Of a stretch of DNA of 43,220 nt, positions 6,480-15,495 are shown piece after piece (position 1 is the first letter of the stretch; the number at the start of each line of letters is the position of its first letter). Location: IMG/VR virus record IMGVR_UViG_3300045988_055839. One strand, 5' to 3'. The DNA is from a virus. Made by a program: the position numbers and the translations under genes. The notes beneath the pieces are model-generated. The model searched no databases, was not told where the DNA came from, and saw only the letters and a list, made by a program, of their open reading frames with translations.

Positions 6480-7586
6480 ATGGCAAAGGCGAAGTATACA
6501 AAGCAAAAGAACGGGTATTTTCAAGCCCGTGTGTGGGATGGAAGTTATGTTGATGGGAAAAAGCACTATATTACGATCCGGTCGAAGAAAAGCAGTAAGG
6601 ATCTGGAAGCAAAGGTGGCAGCCTACAACGACAAAATTAAGAACCTTGAAGCCGTCCGAGATAAAAACATCCTGTTTCTGGACTACGCCGGGCGGTGGCT
6701 GACAGTCTACAAAGCCGAAGCAACGAACAACACGAAGAGGATGTACCGGAATATCATTGAAAAGCATCTGCGGCAGATGGACGGCGTGCGGCTCTGCGAT
6801 GTCCTGCCGATCCACTACCAGACAGTCCTTAACGACGCGGCCGGAAAGAAACGCATCCAGCAGCAGATACAGCTTACATTCTCGCAGATCATGAAGGCCG
6901 CGGTGCATGACCGCCTGTATCCAGCCAACTTGCTCGAAGATCTCAAGGACGTGATGAAGCCAATCGACTACAAGGCAGATGAAAAGCGGCCACTGACCAT
7001 AAACGAGAAAAAGGCGATGCAAGACGCTGAATTATCCCCATCTGATCGAATTTTTGTGGATATCTTGTACTGTACCGGATTAAGATGTGGAGAAGTGCTC
7101 GCCCTTACTCGGTTTGATATTGATTTTTCCGAAAAGATCATCAATGTGAACAAAGCAGTTGAATTTGATGATGCCGGGAAACCGAGCATCAAAGAACCGA
7201 AATCGAAGAACGGATTCCGGCAGGTTCCAATTCCGCCGCAGCTCTATACGTCGCTGGAAAGCTACGTGCGGTTCTGCATCAAGGGAACACTTCTGTTTTC
7301 CATGCAGGGCGACAAAATGGTGTCTAAATCCTCTTACCGCCGGAAGTGGGAAAGAATCATAAAGGAAATGAATAGAGTCGCTGAAAAGCCCGTCTGCGGA
7401 CTAACAGCCCATATCTTCCGTCACAACTACTGTACGTCGCTCTGCTACCAGATCCCGCGTATCTCGATCAAGAATATTGCGTCTCTCCTGGGGGATGACG
7501 AAGCAATGGTTTTGAGGATTTACAATCACATCATGCTGGAAAAAGAGGACACCGCCGGAGCGGTAGAAGCTGCTCTTTCTATGTGA
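6480..7586 (+). CDS. int: Tyrosine integrase (368 aa)
   Basis: N-terminal AKAKYTKQKNGYFQARVWDG arm-binding-type start. Catalytic signature: GLRCGEVLAL (Arg), HIFRHNYCT (HxxR), LLGDDEAMVLRIYNH (Tyr). Lies adjacent to attP. Confidence 0.92.
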   Translation: MAKAKYTKQKNGYFQARVWDGSYVDGKKHYITIRSKKSSKDLEAKVAAYNDKIKNLEAVRDKNILFLDYAGRWLTVYKAEATNNTKRMYRNIIEKHLRQMDGVRLCDVLPIHYQTVLNDAAGKKRIQQQIQLTFSQIMKAAVHDRLYPANLLEDLKDVMKPIDYKADEKRPLTINEKKAMQDAELSPSDRIFVDILYCTGLRCGEVLALTRFDIDFSEKIINVNKAVEFDDAGKPSIKEPKSKNGFRQVPIPPQLYTSLESYVRFCIKGTLLFSMQGDKMVSKSSYRRKWERIIKEMNRVAEKPVCGLTAHIFRHNYCTSLCYQIPRISIKNIASLLGDDEAMVLRIYNHIMLEKEDTAGAVEAALSM

Positions 7587-7591
7587 TCCGA

Positions 7592-7614
7592 TGTGACACG
7601 AAAATGACACATTT
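7592..7614 (+). repeat. attP arm-type direct repeat, copy 1 (TGTGACACGAAAATGACACATTT)
   Basis: 22/23 identical to 7829-7851 in direct orientation. The two copies flank the tRNA-derived core. Confidence 0.6.
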
Positions 7615-7684
7615 ACATTCCTTTACATACCCTTACAATCCCTTACTTTGATTTTTCAATAATTTCATTCCGACAACGCAAAAA

Positions 7685-7727
7685 GGCTGAAAACCCTTGA
7701 TTTTACTAGGGTTTCCAGCCTTTTCAT
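7685..7727 (+). terminator. Rho-independent terminator after int (GGCTGAAAACCCT/AGGGTTTCCAGCC)
   Basis: 13-bp stem with one mismatch and a 10-nt loop, followed by TTTTCATTT. Confidence 0.65.
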
Positions 7728-7731
7728 TTGA

Positions 7732-7785
7732 TGAAGCATCGGGGATTCGAACCCCGGACAACTTGATTAAAAGTCAAGTGCTCCT
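7732..7785 (-). other. attP core: 3' portion of a tRNA-Lys(UUU) gene (D-stem 3' strand through the acceptor 3' strand)
   Basis: Minus strand reads GAGCA-CTTGA-CTTTTAA-TCAAG-TTGTC-CGGGG-TTCGAAT-CCCCG-ATGCTTC-A: anticodon arm with TTT, T-arm, and acceptor 3' strand. No matching 5' acceptor strand (GAAGCAT) or canonical D-arm lies upstream, so this is a fragment. Confidence 0.75.
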
Positions 7786-7828
7786 TACCTACTAAAATGC
7801 CCGCAAATACGCCATTCTTGAGAAAAGT

Positions 7829-7851
7829 TGTGACACAAAAATGACACATTT
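7829..7851 (+). repeat. attP arm-type direct repeat, copy 2 (TGTGACACAAAAATGACACATTT)
   Basis: See copy 1 at 7592-7614. Confidence 0.6.
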
Positions 7852-7860
7852 GATATTAAC

Positions 7861-7878
7861 ACACACTGGCCAGTGTGT
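7861..7878. promoter_or_regulatory. Perfect 18-bp palindrome ACACACTGGCCAGTGTGT at the attP edge
   Basis: Read directly from the sequence. It shares the GTGTCA/TGACAC motif with the arm repeats. Possibly a recombination-directionality or host-factor site. Confidence 0.4.
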
Positions 7879-7883
7879 CAAAC

Positions 7884-7917
7884 AAAAAAAGTCGTGTCAA
7901 AATGGCACGACTTTTTT
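7884..7917 (-). terminator. Rho-independent terminator of the moron operon (GTCGTG/CACGAC flanked by A and T tracts)
   Basis: AAAAAAAGTCGTGtcaaaatggCACGACTTTTTT, immediately after the stop of 7928..8422. Symmetric A/T tracts make it bidirectional. Confidence 0.7.
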
Positions 7918-7927
7918 ATTTGTTTTC

Positions 7928-8422
7928 TCATGCTTCTTTTTCCGCGAGATCGAGGTCTGATCCATCGAGAAATTCCCCGTCCTCGTCCGTATTACAGTAT
8001 TCGAGCGCGTATTCGTCTGCAAATACGTACCCACCAGACTTGCGGTACGAGCAGCTATATTTAGCAAGCTCGGCTTTTGCCAAGTCGTACTGGTCGCCCG
8101 TCCAGCGTTTCAGTTCTTCCGGGCTTGCGTTTTCTCCACAGATGCAATCGCCTTCGGTAAAGTTGTTAAATTGTTTCTTGGAGTAGCTGCCTACTCCATG
8201 CTTTAAAATTATAGTGTTATAAAACTCATTCATCTCTGTTTTCTCCTTTTCTGCTTTTTTGGTATCCTCTCTAACTACTCTATCGAGTAGTAAAAGGACA
8301 TACTCCGGCGGGTTTCTTTTTCCCGCCTCCCATCCCTCAAGAGTCCTTTTGGGGATGTTATATTTTCTTGCGAACGCCTCCTGTGTTAAGCCGGAGGCGT
8401 TCCGGATTTCTTTTATTTTCAT
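7928..8422 (-). CDS. Xre/antitoxin-type HTH protein with an uncharacterised acidic C-terminal domain (164 aa)
   Basis: MKIKEIRNASGLTQEAFARKYNIPKRTLEGWEAGKRNPPEYVLLLL is the HTH type seen in HigA/MqsA-like antitoxins. The roughly 100-aa C-terminal domain (Cys-containing, with a very acidic end) is not recognised. Confidence 0.75.
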   Translation of the reverse strand: MKIKEIRNASGLTQEAFARKYNIPKRTLEGWEAGKRNPPEYVLLLLDRVVREDTKKAEKEKTEMNEFYNTIILKHGVGSYSKKQFNNFTEGDCICGENASPEELKRWTGDQYDLAKAELAKYSCSYRKSGGYVFADEYALEYCNTDEDGEFLDGSDLDLAEKEA

Positions 8423-8760
8423 TATTTTTCTCCTTTATATTCAATAAATTCGTCGTCTGTCTCAACGAATTTATTGATTTCTTCGATCAGTTCCTCTTCG
8501 CTGACCGTCTGGAACTCACCGCACTCGTAAGTTCCGTCTTCGAGGCGGTGATCATCGAAGCTTCCGCACACCGGGCAGAAGTCAAATTCTGCCGTAGTGC
8601 CGTAGGAAGCTTCCCAACGGCCATTTTCTAAACGGGTGTAATCAGTCCAGAAACCGTATGAACCCCCGTTTGCTGATTTTTCGGATTCGTACTCCGAAAA
8701 ATCATTAAATCTTACTCTCTGGATTCCTTCCAGACTTTTAATTTTTTCTGTTTTTTCCAT
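8422..8760 (-). CDS. Hypothetical acidic protein (112 aa) with a CPVC...C motif
   Basis: AAGGAGG upstream of ATG 8760. Its stop overlaps the start of the next gene (TAATG). Contains FCPVCGSFDDHRLEDGTYEC. No family recognised. Confidence 0.7.
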   Translation of the reverse strand: MEKTEKIKSLEGIQRVRFNDFSEYESEKSANGGSYGFWTDYTRLENGRWEASYGTTAEFDFCPVCGSFDDHRLEDGTYECGEFQTVSEEELIEEINKFVETDDEFIEYKGEK

Positions 8761-8804
8761 TTTAATTTCCTCCTTGATTTTTGTTATCCCTTAACTTTGA
8801 TTAT

Positions 8805-8833
8805 ATAATACCACTCATTGGCGTATACGTCAA
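8805..8833 (-). promoter_or_regulatory. Near-consensus sigma-A-type promoter of the moron (TTGACG-17 nt-TGgTATTAT)
   Basis: On the minus strand: TTGACG, a 17-nt spacer with an extended -10 TG, then TATTAT. Lies between the endolysin terminator and the RBS of 8422..8760. Confidence 0.65.
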
Positions 8834-8865
8834 TAGGTTATTTTAGTTTTTTTTTATTTTTTGCA

Positions 8866-8897
8866 ATAAAAAAAGGCGCGGGGAAAATCCCCACGCC
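8866..8897 (-). terminator. Rho-independent terminator after the endolysin gene
   Basis: Minus strand: GGCGTGGGGattttCCCCGCGCC followed by TTTTTTT. One position is a G-U pair on the minus strand but a C-A mismatch on the plus strand, which supports minus-strand function. Confidence 0.75.
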
Positions 8898-8918
8898 TCT
8901 TGATATCTTTTATATTTT

Positions 8919-10037
8919 TTACTGTCGATTACACCACTCCTGTAAAGCCTTGACCATCGCTGACGGGTAGCTGATCACGCTGTCTACAGGTGTGCCGAGT
9001 TTTTTCTGGAGCGCACGGATGGTCTGCGGTCCGATATATCCGTCCACGGTCACTCCCGCCCATTTCTGCATGGCTTTGATCAGATCGGAGCCGCCGGACA
9101 GCTTGCCAGACCATTCGGCCGCCGCGATGCCAGCACAGTATTTTTTATTGGCGGTTGGCTGATTGCTGATCACGCCGTCTACTCCGGTTTTAAAAATCTC
9201 CTGCAAGCGTTTGGTCAGCTCCGGCCCCCAAACGCCGTCAACCGAGATCGTTTTTGCGGTCGGCTTCTGATCGGATGCAGATGCCGGGCCACCGTAAGTG
9301 CAGTATGCTGTGTGGCAATTGATCCAGCCCGCACCAGAGAGCAACCGTCCCCAGCTTCCATTCTGAATTTCTGTCACCGTGTAGCTGCCGCGGTCTTTGA
9401 TCGTTCCAACGCGTCGGCTGTCTGCATCCGGTTTCTCCCGGATATTCAGATCGGTGTTGACTCGATAGATTCCCGGTTTGTAGGTTTTCTCTCCGGATGC
9501 ATTGGCGCTTCCGGAAGAATCGAAGTTTCCGTTACTGATCAACTTTTTGAATCTCGTCCAATCACCTCTTGCATTAATCTGCGATGGGCAGTTTTTGCTG
9601 CAGATATCGAGATGGCGGTAAACTCTGGATGCTGGGATGCCTGTTTCTTTCATGAGCTGCCGCACCAGCGCCGCGGTGTTCTGGAATGCCTTTTCGTAAT
9701 CGTATCCGCCCTGTACGCACATTTCCACGCCAATGCTGTTCCGGTTGCCATAAGAGCCGAACAGGTTGCCGTTTCCGTAGTTGATGCCAACGTGCCAGCA
9801 TCCGCGGCTATGCGGCGCGGCCTGGTAGGCAGTATCTCCATCGTCCACGTAGTAGTGTGCAGACATGTTCTGGAAATTACCGTCATGCTGCGCTTTGGCG
9901 TGTGCTCGTGCATTGGCACCTGCTGCGAAGTTGTCGGTGTTATGTACAACAATACACTGTGGGTTGTTGTACGGATAGGTGTTCTGGCTGCTGATGTATG
10001 ATCTGTTAATTCTCATTTGTCGATGCTCCTTTTCCAT
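8919..10037 (-). CDS. Endolysin: N-acetylmuramoyl-L-alanine amidase (Amidase_2/PGRP type) plus SH3 plus two PG_binding_1 repeats
   Basis: N-terminal CIVVHNTDN...AHYYVDD...VGVEMC amidase_2 pattern. SH3-like segment YRVNTDLNIREKPDADSRRVGTIKDRGSYTVTEIQNGSWGRL. Two VDGxxGPxTxxxLQ repeats at the C-terminus. Confidence 0.92.
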   Translation of the reverse strand: MEKEHRQMRINRSYISSQNTYPYNNPQCIVVHNTDNFAAGANARAHAKAQHDGNFQNMSAHYYVDDGDTAYQAAPHSRGCWHVGINYGNGNLFGSYGNRNSIGVEMCVQGGYDYEKAFQNTAALVRQLMKETGIPASRVYRHLDICSKNCPSQINARGDWTRFKKLISNGNFDSSGSANASGEKTYKPGIYRVNTDLNIREKPDADSRRVGTIKDRGSYTVTEIQNGSWGRLLSGAGWINCHTAYCTYGGPASASDQKPTAKTISVDGVWGPELTKRLQEIFKTGVDGVISNQPTANKKYCAGIAAAEWSGKLSGGSDLIKAMQKWAGVTVDGYIGPQTIRALQKKLGTPVDSVISYPSAMVKALQEWCNRQ

Positions 10038-10093
10038 AAATTTCGATTCTTAGGAACATTGTACTCTTTTTCTCACGGCTCTTTGTAGGCTTG

Positions 10094-10906
10094 TTAGACT
10101 ATGTATCGGTGATGGCTGTATCTTACGTTTTCCTGCGTTACTTTTGCGTAGATCATCGTGGTACTGATCCGCGTATGACCGAGGAGTTTCTGCAGATCTG
10201 TCACGTCCATGCCGTGGTCTATCGCATTTGTAGCTGTGGTGTGCCGGATCAGATGAGGAAATAGCGGTCTCACGATGCCGGATCGCACGCCGATGTTGTG
10301 GATGACCTGCTCTATAGCTTGCTTTTGCAGAGCATGGTAAGGCTTACGTATTGTACAGAAAACGGCATCTGTATCGTCTTTTCTGGTAGCCCAATACTTC
10401 TGCAGAGTGTATTCTGCGCGGGCGTTAAGATAAGAAACTCGGTGTTTGCGGCCTTTTCCGAACAATCTGACTTCTTTCGTGGAGAAATCAATATCTTCTT
10501 TTTTGAGGATCGCCATTTCCGAAACACGGCATCCGGTACTGTAGAAAAACTCGATCATTGCTCTTTCTCGAAGATCAACGCACGCATCCCGTACCATTTC
10601 CATCTCGATGCCATCAAGTGGCTCTCGCGGCTTCTCCTCGTACTTAATGGCGTGGATTTTCGCACATGGGTTCTCCGGAATGTAATATTCCAGACAACAC
10701 CAGTCAAGAAACGTATTGATAACGATGCGCTTAGTGTCAATGGTATGATCCGAGTTCTTCCCAACCAGCCCGTACAAATATAAGCGGATATCATTTGCCG
10801 TGATTTTCTCAACTGGCTTGCCGACGGCGTACAAAAACTGTTCCAGATAACATTTGTAAGTTATAAGCGACTGCGGACTCATGCCCTCAATCTTTTTCGA
10901 TACCAT
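10094..10906 (-). CDS. Second tyrosine recombinase, XerC/XerD-like (270 aa from ATG 10906; the N-terminus may be truncated)
   Basis: Catalytic residues are present: TGCRVSEMAIL (Arg), GKGRKHRV (Lys), HLIRHTTAT (HxxR), LLGHTRISTTMIYAKV (His...Tyr). The frame stays open for 41 codons upstream of the ATG, back to the tail-fibre stop, with no ATG/GTG/TTG. Confidence 0.85.
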   Translation of the reverse strand: MVSKKIEGMSPQSLITYKCYLEQFLYAVGKPVEKITANDIRLYLYGLVGKNSDHTIDTKRIVINTFLDWCCLEYYIPENPCAKIHAIKYEEKPREPLDGIEMEMVRDACVDLRERAMIEFFYSTGCRVSEMAILKKEDIDFSTKEVRLFGKGRKHRVSYLNARAEYTLQKYWATRKDDTDAVFCTIRKPYHALQKQAIEQVIHNIGVRSGIVRPLFPHLIRHTTATNAIDHGMDVTDLQKLLGHTRISTTMIYAKVTQENVRYSHHRYIV

Positions 10907-11029
10907 GTAGACCTTATAGCACGCTGGTAAAAGATCGTCAGGAACCGCTACATCCCTGCACTTCTTTTCAATGTTGTAATCGTCCGAAAAGATCTTAAAT
11001 GTATATTTAAAAAAATAAATTTTAGTTAA

Positions 11030-12625
11030 TTAGTTGATACTCTGTATAGATTTTAGAAACCCACTAATACATTCTGCCATTCTTTTGCCGCCAATAGATG
11101 TGGGATGAAAAAACATATCATTTTCATTTAGTACAAATGAAGAAATATTGTTTTCGTTCCAACCAACCAAGCTATTTAAATCAATACATGGAACATGATT
11201 ATTCCCACACGCATTTAAAGTTGCCTTTGCAAAATCTCTAGTTGTGTTACCATTAGAATTTTTTAACCCATCAGCACTGCCTTTTTTTAAAAAGAAATTT
11301 TCACCATTGCTATTTTTTACTGGTGTTTGTGTCATAAAAACGATTCTTTTTGTTGGGTATTTTGTTGTTAGCTTTTTCATAAGAGCATTTAGTCCACCAT
11401 AGAATGTTCCAGTAAATGTTTGGTCATCTGTGTTGATGTCATTTTCTGTGCCTATTGTTCTATCTTGTGCCCAATCATTTGTTCCGCCCATAACAAGCAT
11501 GACATCAAAATCTTCCGTGATTTCGGCAAGGCATTCATCTGTAGCCATTGCCATCAAACGTCTGCCACCAACGCCATGATTATAATATTTAGAAAATCCC
11601 AATTCCCTTTGTACATAATCTTGCCATGTCTGTTGAGCAGTGATGCTGTCTCCATAAGTGCATAATATTTTACCAACATAAGGCTTTTCTAAATCAGATT
11701 TTAAAATCTTAATTTTTTTTCCTCCAATAGAAAAATCAATATTTGAAGTATCTTTGTCTGTTACATCGTAAACATAAATATCAACTGCATATGATGCATT
11801 CTCAGTAGTTGAATATATAGAAAATCCTCTAATGTCTGATTTCGCAGTATATGACATTACTGATGTTTCAAATTTTCCTATTCCAAGACTCTGTGCTTTT
11901 CCAATTGATCCCTCAAATTTATATGAAAAAGCATTGGCATATACTGATATATCGGTGCTGCTATTATTTTTGAATTTAATTACAACAATATATTTTTTAC
12001 CATTTTCAAACAGAGATATATTTATAAAGGCTTTGTATTGTTCCTTTGCAGCATTTATCGATGTAATTGTATTACCATTTAGCGTTATATCGCTTGATGA
12101 GCCTTCAGAATTAAATGTCAATTCATCTATTTTATCCTTAAATACAATATAATCAATATCCGCAATATCTTCCTTTAGCGAATCAATGTTCTCTCCTACA
12201 ACCTTCGAATCCGCCGCTTGTCCGGACTCTTTCAGTGTACTGTCTACCGGCACAATTTTTGCTTCTGTTGCCTGGATCTGCTTTCTTACGGCATCACCGG
12301 CCGTGCTGTATTTTGTTCCGTCCGCTCCGACCCGGATGTCCTGAAGCTCTGCGTCTCCCGTGGTGGAGCCACTGGGCAACTGGGTGAAAGTGTCGATTCG
12401 CGATGCGTTTGCTTTAGACAGCGTGGCGACCTCATTAACTGCGTCAACTACGCTTTTTGCGGACGTAGTCAGCGATTCGACAGTTTTGCTTTTAAGACCG
12501 GAAGAAACGAAATTCCACAAATTTCCGAAACTGAATTTTTTTGTTTTTCCGTTTAACTCACTTAAAATCGAAATGTCGTTGTCTTCGAGTTCTGATTTTT
12601 CTGAATAATTTTTAAACTCCGGCAT
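11030..12625 (-). CDS. Tail fibre / receptor-binding protein with a C-terminal SGNH (GDSL) hydrolase domain (531 aa)
   Basis: SGNH blocks: [24 protein letters not shown], and FHPT near the end. The N-terminal ~140 aa have normal GC; the last ~1.2 kb is strongly AT-rich. Confidence 0.85.
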   Translation of the reverse strand: MPEFKNYSEKSELEDNDISILSELNGKTKKFSFGNLWNFVSSGLKSKTVESLTTSAKSVVDAVNEVATLSKANASRIDTFTQLPSGSTTGDAELQDIRVGADGTKYSTAGDAVRKQIQATEAKIVPVDSTLKESGQAADSKVVGENIDSLKEDIADIDYIVFKDKIDELTFNSEGSSSDITLNGNTITSINAAKEQYKAFINISLFENGKKYIVVIKFKNNSSTDISVYANAFSYKFEGSIGKAQSLGIGKFETSVMSYTAKSDIRGFSIYSTTENASYAVDIYVYDVTDKDTSNIDFSIGGKKIKILKSDLEKPYVGKILCTYGDSITAQQTWQDYVQRELGFSKYYNHGVGGRRLMAMATDECLAEITEDFDVMLVMGGTNDWAQDRTIGTENDINTDDQTFTGTFYGGLNALMKKLTTKYPTKRIVFMTQTPVKNSNGENFFLKKGSADGLKNSNGNTTRDFAKATLNACGNNHVPCIDLNSLVGWNENNISSFVLNENDMFFHPTSIGGKRMAECISGFLKSIQSIN

Positions 12626-12627
12626 GA

Positions 12628-15495
12628 TTACTCCTCCGATTCATATCTTTTTAATTTTTTTTTGAGGTCAGATACTTCTTTGCTTAGCTCCTGTATGGCT
12701 TTATAAGCCACTCCAATAGCATTGTACATATCAATATTACTCTTATCGTGGTCTAATATATCGCCTGTCAAGTCGAAACCGTCGCCAATTACAAAACCAA
12801 TGTGTCTTCCGTCGTCATCTTTCGCGTGATGCTTTAATTTGTATCGATATACAGTCGTTTCATTAATTTTTTCAAGGGCACCGTCTTCATAGGCATGAAT
12901 GTCTTCTTTCCATTCTGCTTTGGATCCAGTAACCCATGACATGGCTTTGCAAGTTCCATCTTCTGTAGCAACAAAGTTATAATTATCTTTGTTGAATGCA
13001 TTTTCTCCGTTCCATCCGCCCCAGATTATCCACGGGCCTATAGCGCCAATACCATTTTCCTGAGTTCCTGATGTTTCCCAGTATTCTGCCGGTTCTCCAT
13101 ACACTTCTGTCCTCTTGATCTGCCAACCGCCCAATTCCAAGAAAACATCTCTTTTCCCATTGATGTTTCCTGCAGCATCATAATGAAAATAATCGCCCAG
13201 TTTGATTGATTCCACTTTTCCTACAGAAAATCCCTTGTTATTCCAGGAACCAATTAGCTCATTATTTTCGTCGTATACACAGAATTCACCGTTTCCGTTA
13301 TTTTCTCCGCCGAGTTTCAGTGTACCTCCGCGTGCAAAAGAAAAGTTGAGATACAATTTTCCATTCAGTAAATAAACGCCTTGCTCTTCTCCGTTATTCG
13401 TTAAACGATTAAAAATTTCTTCCTGGTCGAGGGCTTTGTTAAGCTCATCAACAGCGCTATCATCGGTATATTTATTTTTCTTCTCCCAATCATCCGCAGA
13501 AAATTCTCCGTCCTGTCGGTCTCTTACACAGGTCATAATATCTGCATCTGTGCCGCCAAACCACAAATCACCTACGTTGTACGGAGGAACCGGCGTGTTC
13601 ACAAAAATTTGCGCTTTGCCGTCAATAAAATCAAATAAGTCATCCGGAACCTTTGATTTTACCCAATTTCCGCCAATGTAAATAAACTCATCACCATTGC
13701 TCGGAACTTTCCACAGATCTCCCTCATGAATAGATTTTTCTTTTTCCCAAACGGTCAGAAAAGGATTTCCATTCCCATCTAAGATGTTTTTTCCGTCAGA
13801 GTCCAGCAAATATGTTTCTTCCGTGGCCGTCCATTCAATCGAAGGGTCGTTTTCCTGATACCATGATTCCGCTTTTTTGTCTATGGAGTTTTCAATGTCT
13901 TTGATATTGTCCGCATATTCCCCGTCAACAAAATCATCAAGAATTTTTTTTGAAAGTCTCGAGATAACGGTATCAATGCTTTCACCCTTGATGCTGACTG
14001 CAGAAGCCGAGATTCTAACCTCTCCGGTTTCCGCATTAACGTAAAGTGTTTCTGTACCAGACGCGTCCTGAATAACAAGCTCGCCGCCTACACCCCAGTC
14101 AAAATTGATGCCTATCGTCGTCATGATTTTGGAAATAAGCGTTCCATCGACTGTAAGGCCCGCATTCCAAGTGTTTCCACCATCGCTGGAAACCGCAACC
14201 GCTTCTGCCGTCATCTTCCATACGATTTGTGATTCCTTTAATGTAGGCTTGTCGTGAAGATAATAGATATTGCTACCGTCTGACTGTTCTTCCGTTGTCA
14301 TATACACTCCAGAAGAATTATCCAAACGTTCGCTTAAGCTATTCATCTGTTTTTCAAATTCTGTGTAGTGCCGCTGCGTTATGCGCTTCATCTTCTGATA
14401 GATTTCTGCCGCTTTTCCTCCATAAGAAGAAGCTGTTCTTTCCGGTGTATCCAAGTCGCACTTTAAGTTGGTGAAACCAAGATAGTTAAATTCAACAGAT
14501 GTTAATACGGTTGGGAAAACGGATCCATTATTTTTCCTAACAAAACAGGTGTCCATGACCTCCGCCATGGGATACGCAATGTGACTTCCGCTAAAAGAAT
14601 ACAGCTTCAACCCGATAACATTGTTCGCGATGAGCTGCAGTCCGTCAGATTCTTTTCCAACTATTAACGGATTATCAACCGAAAAGCAATACTGAGTATC
14701 TCCAATGATAAGATCAGAATCTTTCCCATCCTCTGTCTCAACTGTGGTCCGTACACCTGTTATTTTAATCGGATCTGTAGACACTTCCGGCGTGCTCTTA
14801 AAATCTTCAAAGACCTGGAACCCATCTGTGTTATAGCTTCCGTCCGCTTTTTTTATGTCGTTCATGTTGTAACTTTTGATAACAACACGTTCGTTTTCGT
14901 CACACAGCGCGTTTCCACCGGCGATCATCGCTATGTTGGCCAGAACAGACCTACAATTCACATTCTCCGGGGCTTCTTCTACCACAAAATCCTGATTAGG
15001 AAACGACGCGCTTCCGATAATAAGGTTGCACTGGCGGCAAACATCCTGATAAATTCGGAATAATGTAGCTGGGTAAGTTACGCCTGGAACATATGACACG
15101 CTCGTTTTCGAAATTGCATCGGCGGCCGTAAATTTAAGTGTACTGCCTGGAGCAACCGGATCTGTGACATAAAACGTTCCTTCTTTTATTTTTTCTGTGG
15201 TTCCGTCAGCCAAAATAACGCCACTTTTTAATGTTATTTTAGCTGCGAGAAAGTCTTTTTCATCAAAACTGCCGTCGCTATTATCAATGGTAAGTTTAAT
15301 TGTTTTCGAAATCGCCGCACCAAGAGGGAAAGAATTATTTCCCGCCGTCTGTGTGATAGAGTTACCTGTCACGCGAAAGTTTTTTTCCGGACTAAGCGTA
15401 AGCGTAGAGCCATCCGAAAGCGTTGCATCTGCATACGGATAGATTATTGCCCCATTTTTCACTTGTTCCCTAAACGCCGTACTTACATTTTTCAT
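12628..15495 (-). CDS. Tail-associated structural protein (Tal/tail-spike type, 955 aa) with a C-terminal intramolecular-chaperone (peptidase S74-like) module
   Basis: Positioned directly after the Dit-like gene. The C-terminus ...[29 protein letters not shown]...[29 protein letters not shown] matches the S74 auto-cleaving chaperone pattern of phage fibres. Confidence 0.85.
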   Translation of the reverse strand: MKNVSTAFREQVKNGAIIYPYADATLSDGSTLTLSPEKNFRVTGNSITQTAGNNSFPLGAAISKTIKLTIDNSDGSFDEKDFLAAKITLKSGVILADGTTEKIKEGTFYVTDPVAPGSTLKFTAADAISKTSVSYVPGVTYPATLFRIYQDVCRQCNLIIGSASFPNQDFVVEEAPENVNCRSVLANIAMIAGGNALCDENERVVIKSYNMNDIKKADGSYNTDGFQVFEDFKSTPEVSTDPIKITGVRTTVETEDGKDSDLIIGDTQYCFSVDNPLIVGKESDGLQLIANNVIGLKLYSFSGSHIAYPMAEVMDTCFVRKNNGSVFPTVLTSVEFNYLGFTNLKCDLDTPERTASSYGGKAAEIYQKMKRITQRHYTEFEKQMNSLSERLDNSSGVYMTTEEQSDGSNIYYLHDKPTLKESQIVWKMTAEAVAVSSDGGNTWNAGLTVDGTLISKIMTTIGINFDWGVGGELVIQDASGTETLYVNAETGEVRISASAVSIKGESIDTVISRLSKKILDDFVDGEYADNIKDIENSIDKKAESWYQENDPSIEWTATEETYLLDSDGKNILDGNGNPFLTVWEKEKSIHEGDLWKVPSNGDEFIYIGGNWVKSKVPDDLFDFIDGKAQIFVNTPVPPYNVGDLWFGGTDADIMTCVRDRQDGEFSADDWEKKNKYTDDSAVDELNKALDQEEIFNRLTNNGEEQGVYLLNGKLYLNFSFARGGTLKLGGENNGNGEFCVYDENNELIGSWNNKGFSVGKVESIKLGDYFHYDAAGNINGKRDVFLELGGWQIKRTEVYGEPAEYWETSGTQENGIGAIGPWIIWGGWNGENAFNKDNYNFVATEDGTCKAMSWVTGSKAEWKEDIHAYEDGALEKINETTVYRYKLKHHAKDDDGRHIGFVIGDGFDLTGDILDHDKSNIDMYNAIGVAYKAIQELSKEVSDLKKKLKRYESEE

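Noticed and set aside
7732-7805. Functional tRNA-Lys(UUU) gene on the minus strand
   Set aside because: Only the 3' ~54 nt are tRNA-like. The upstream sequence (GCGGGCATTTTAGTAGGTAAG) cannot pair with the acceptor 3' strand ATGCTTC and has no canonical D-arm. It is interpreted as the attP core.
11027-11032. Stop-codon read-through fusing the tail fibre to the recombinase (the same frame is open across the TAA)
   Set aside because: The shared frame is most simply a by-product of the module-exchange junction. There is no read-through context or precedent visible in the sequence.
10038-12625. Shufflon or invertible tail-fibre switch driven by the adjacent tyrosine recombinase
   Set aside because: There is no alternative fibre C-terminal cassette in opposite orientation; the plus-strand ORFs here are only shadows of the recombinase and fibre genes. 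By eye, only a 7-nt inverted match (AACATTG/CAATGTT at about 10055 and about 10970) was found. This cannot be supported without a computational repeat search or read evidence.
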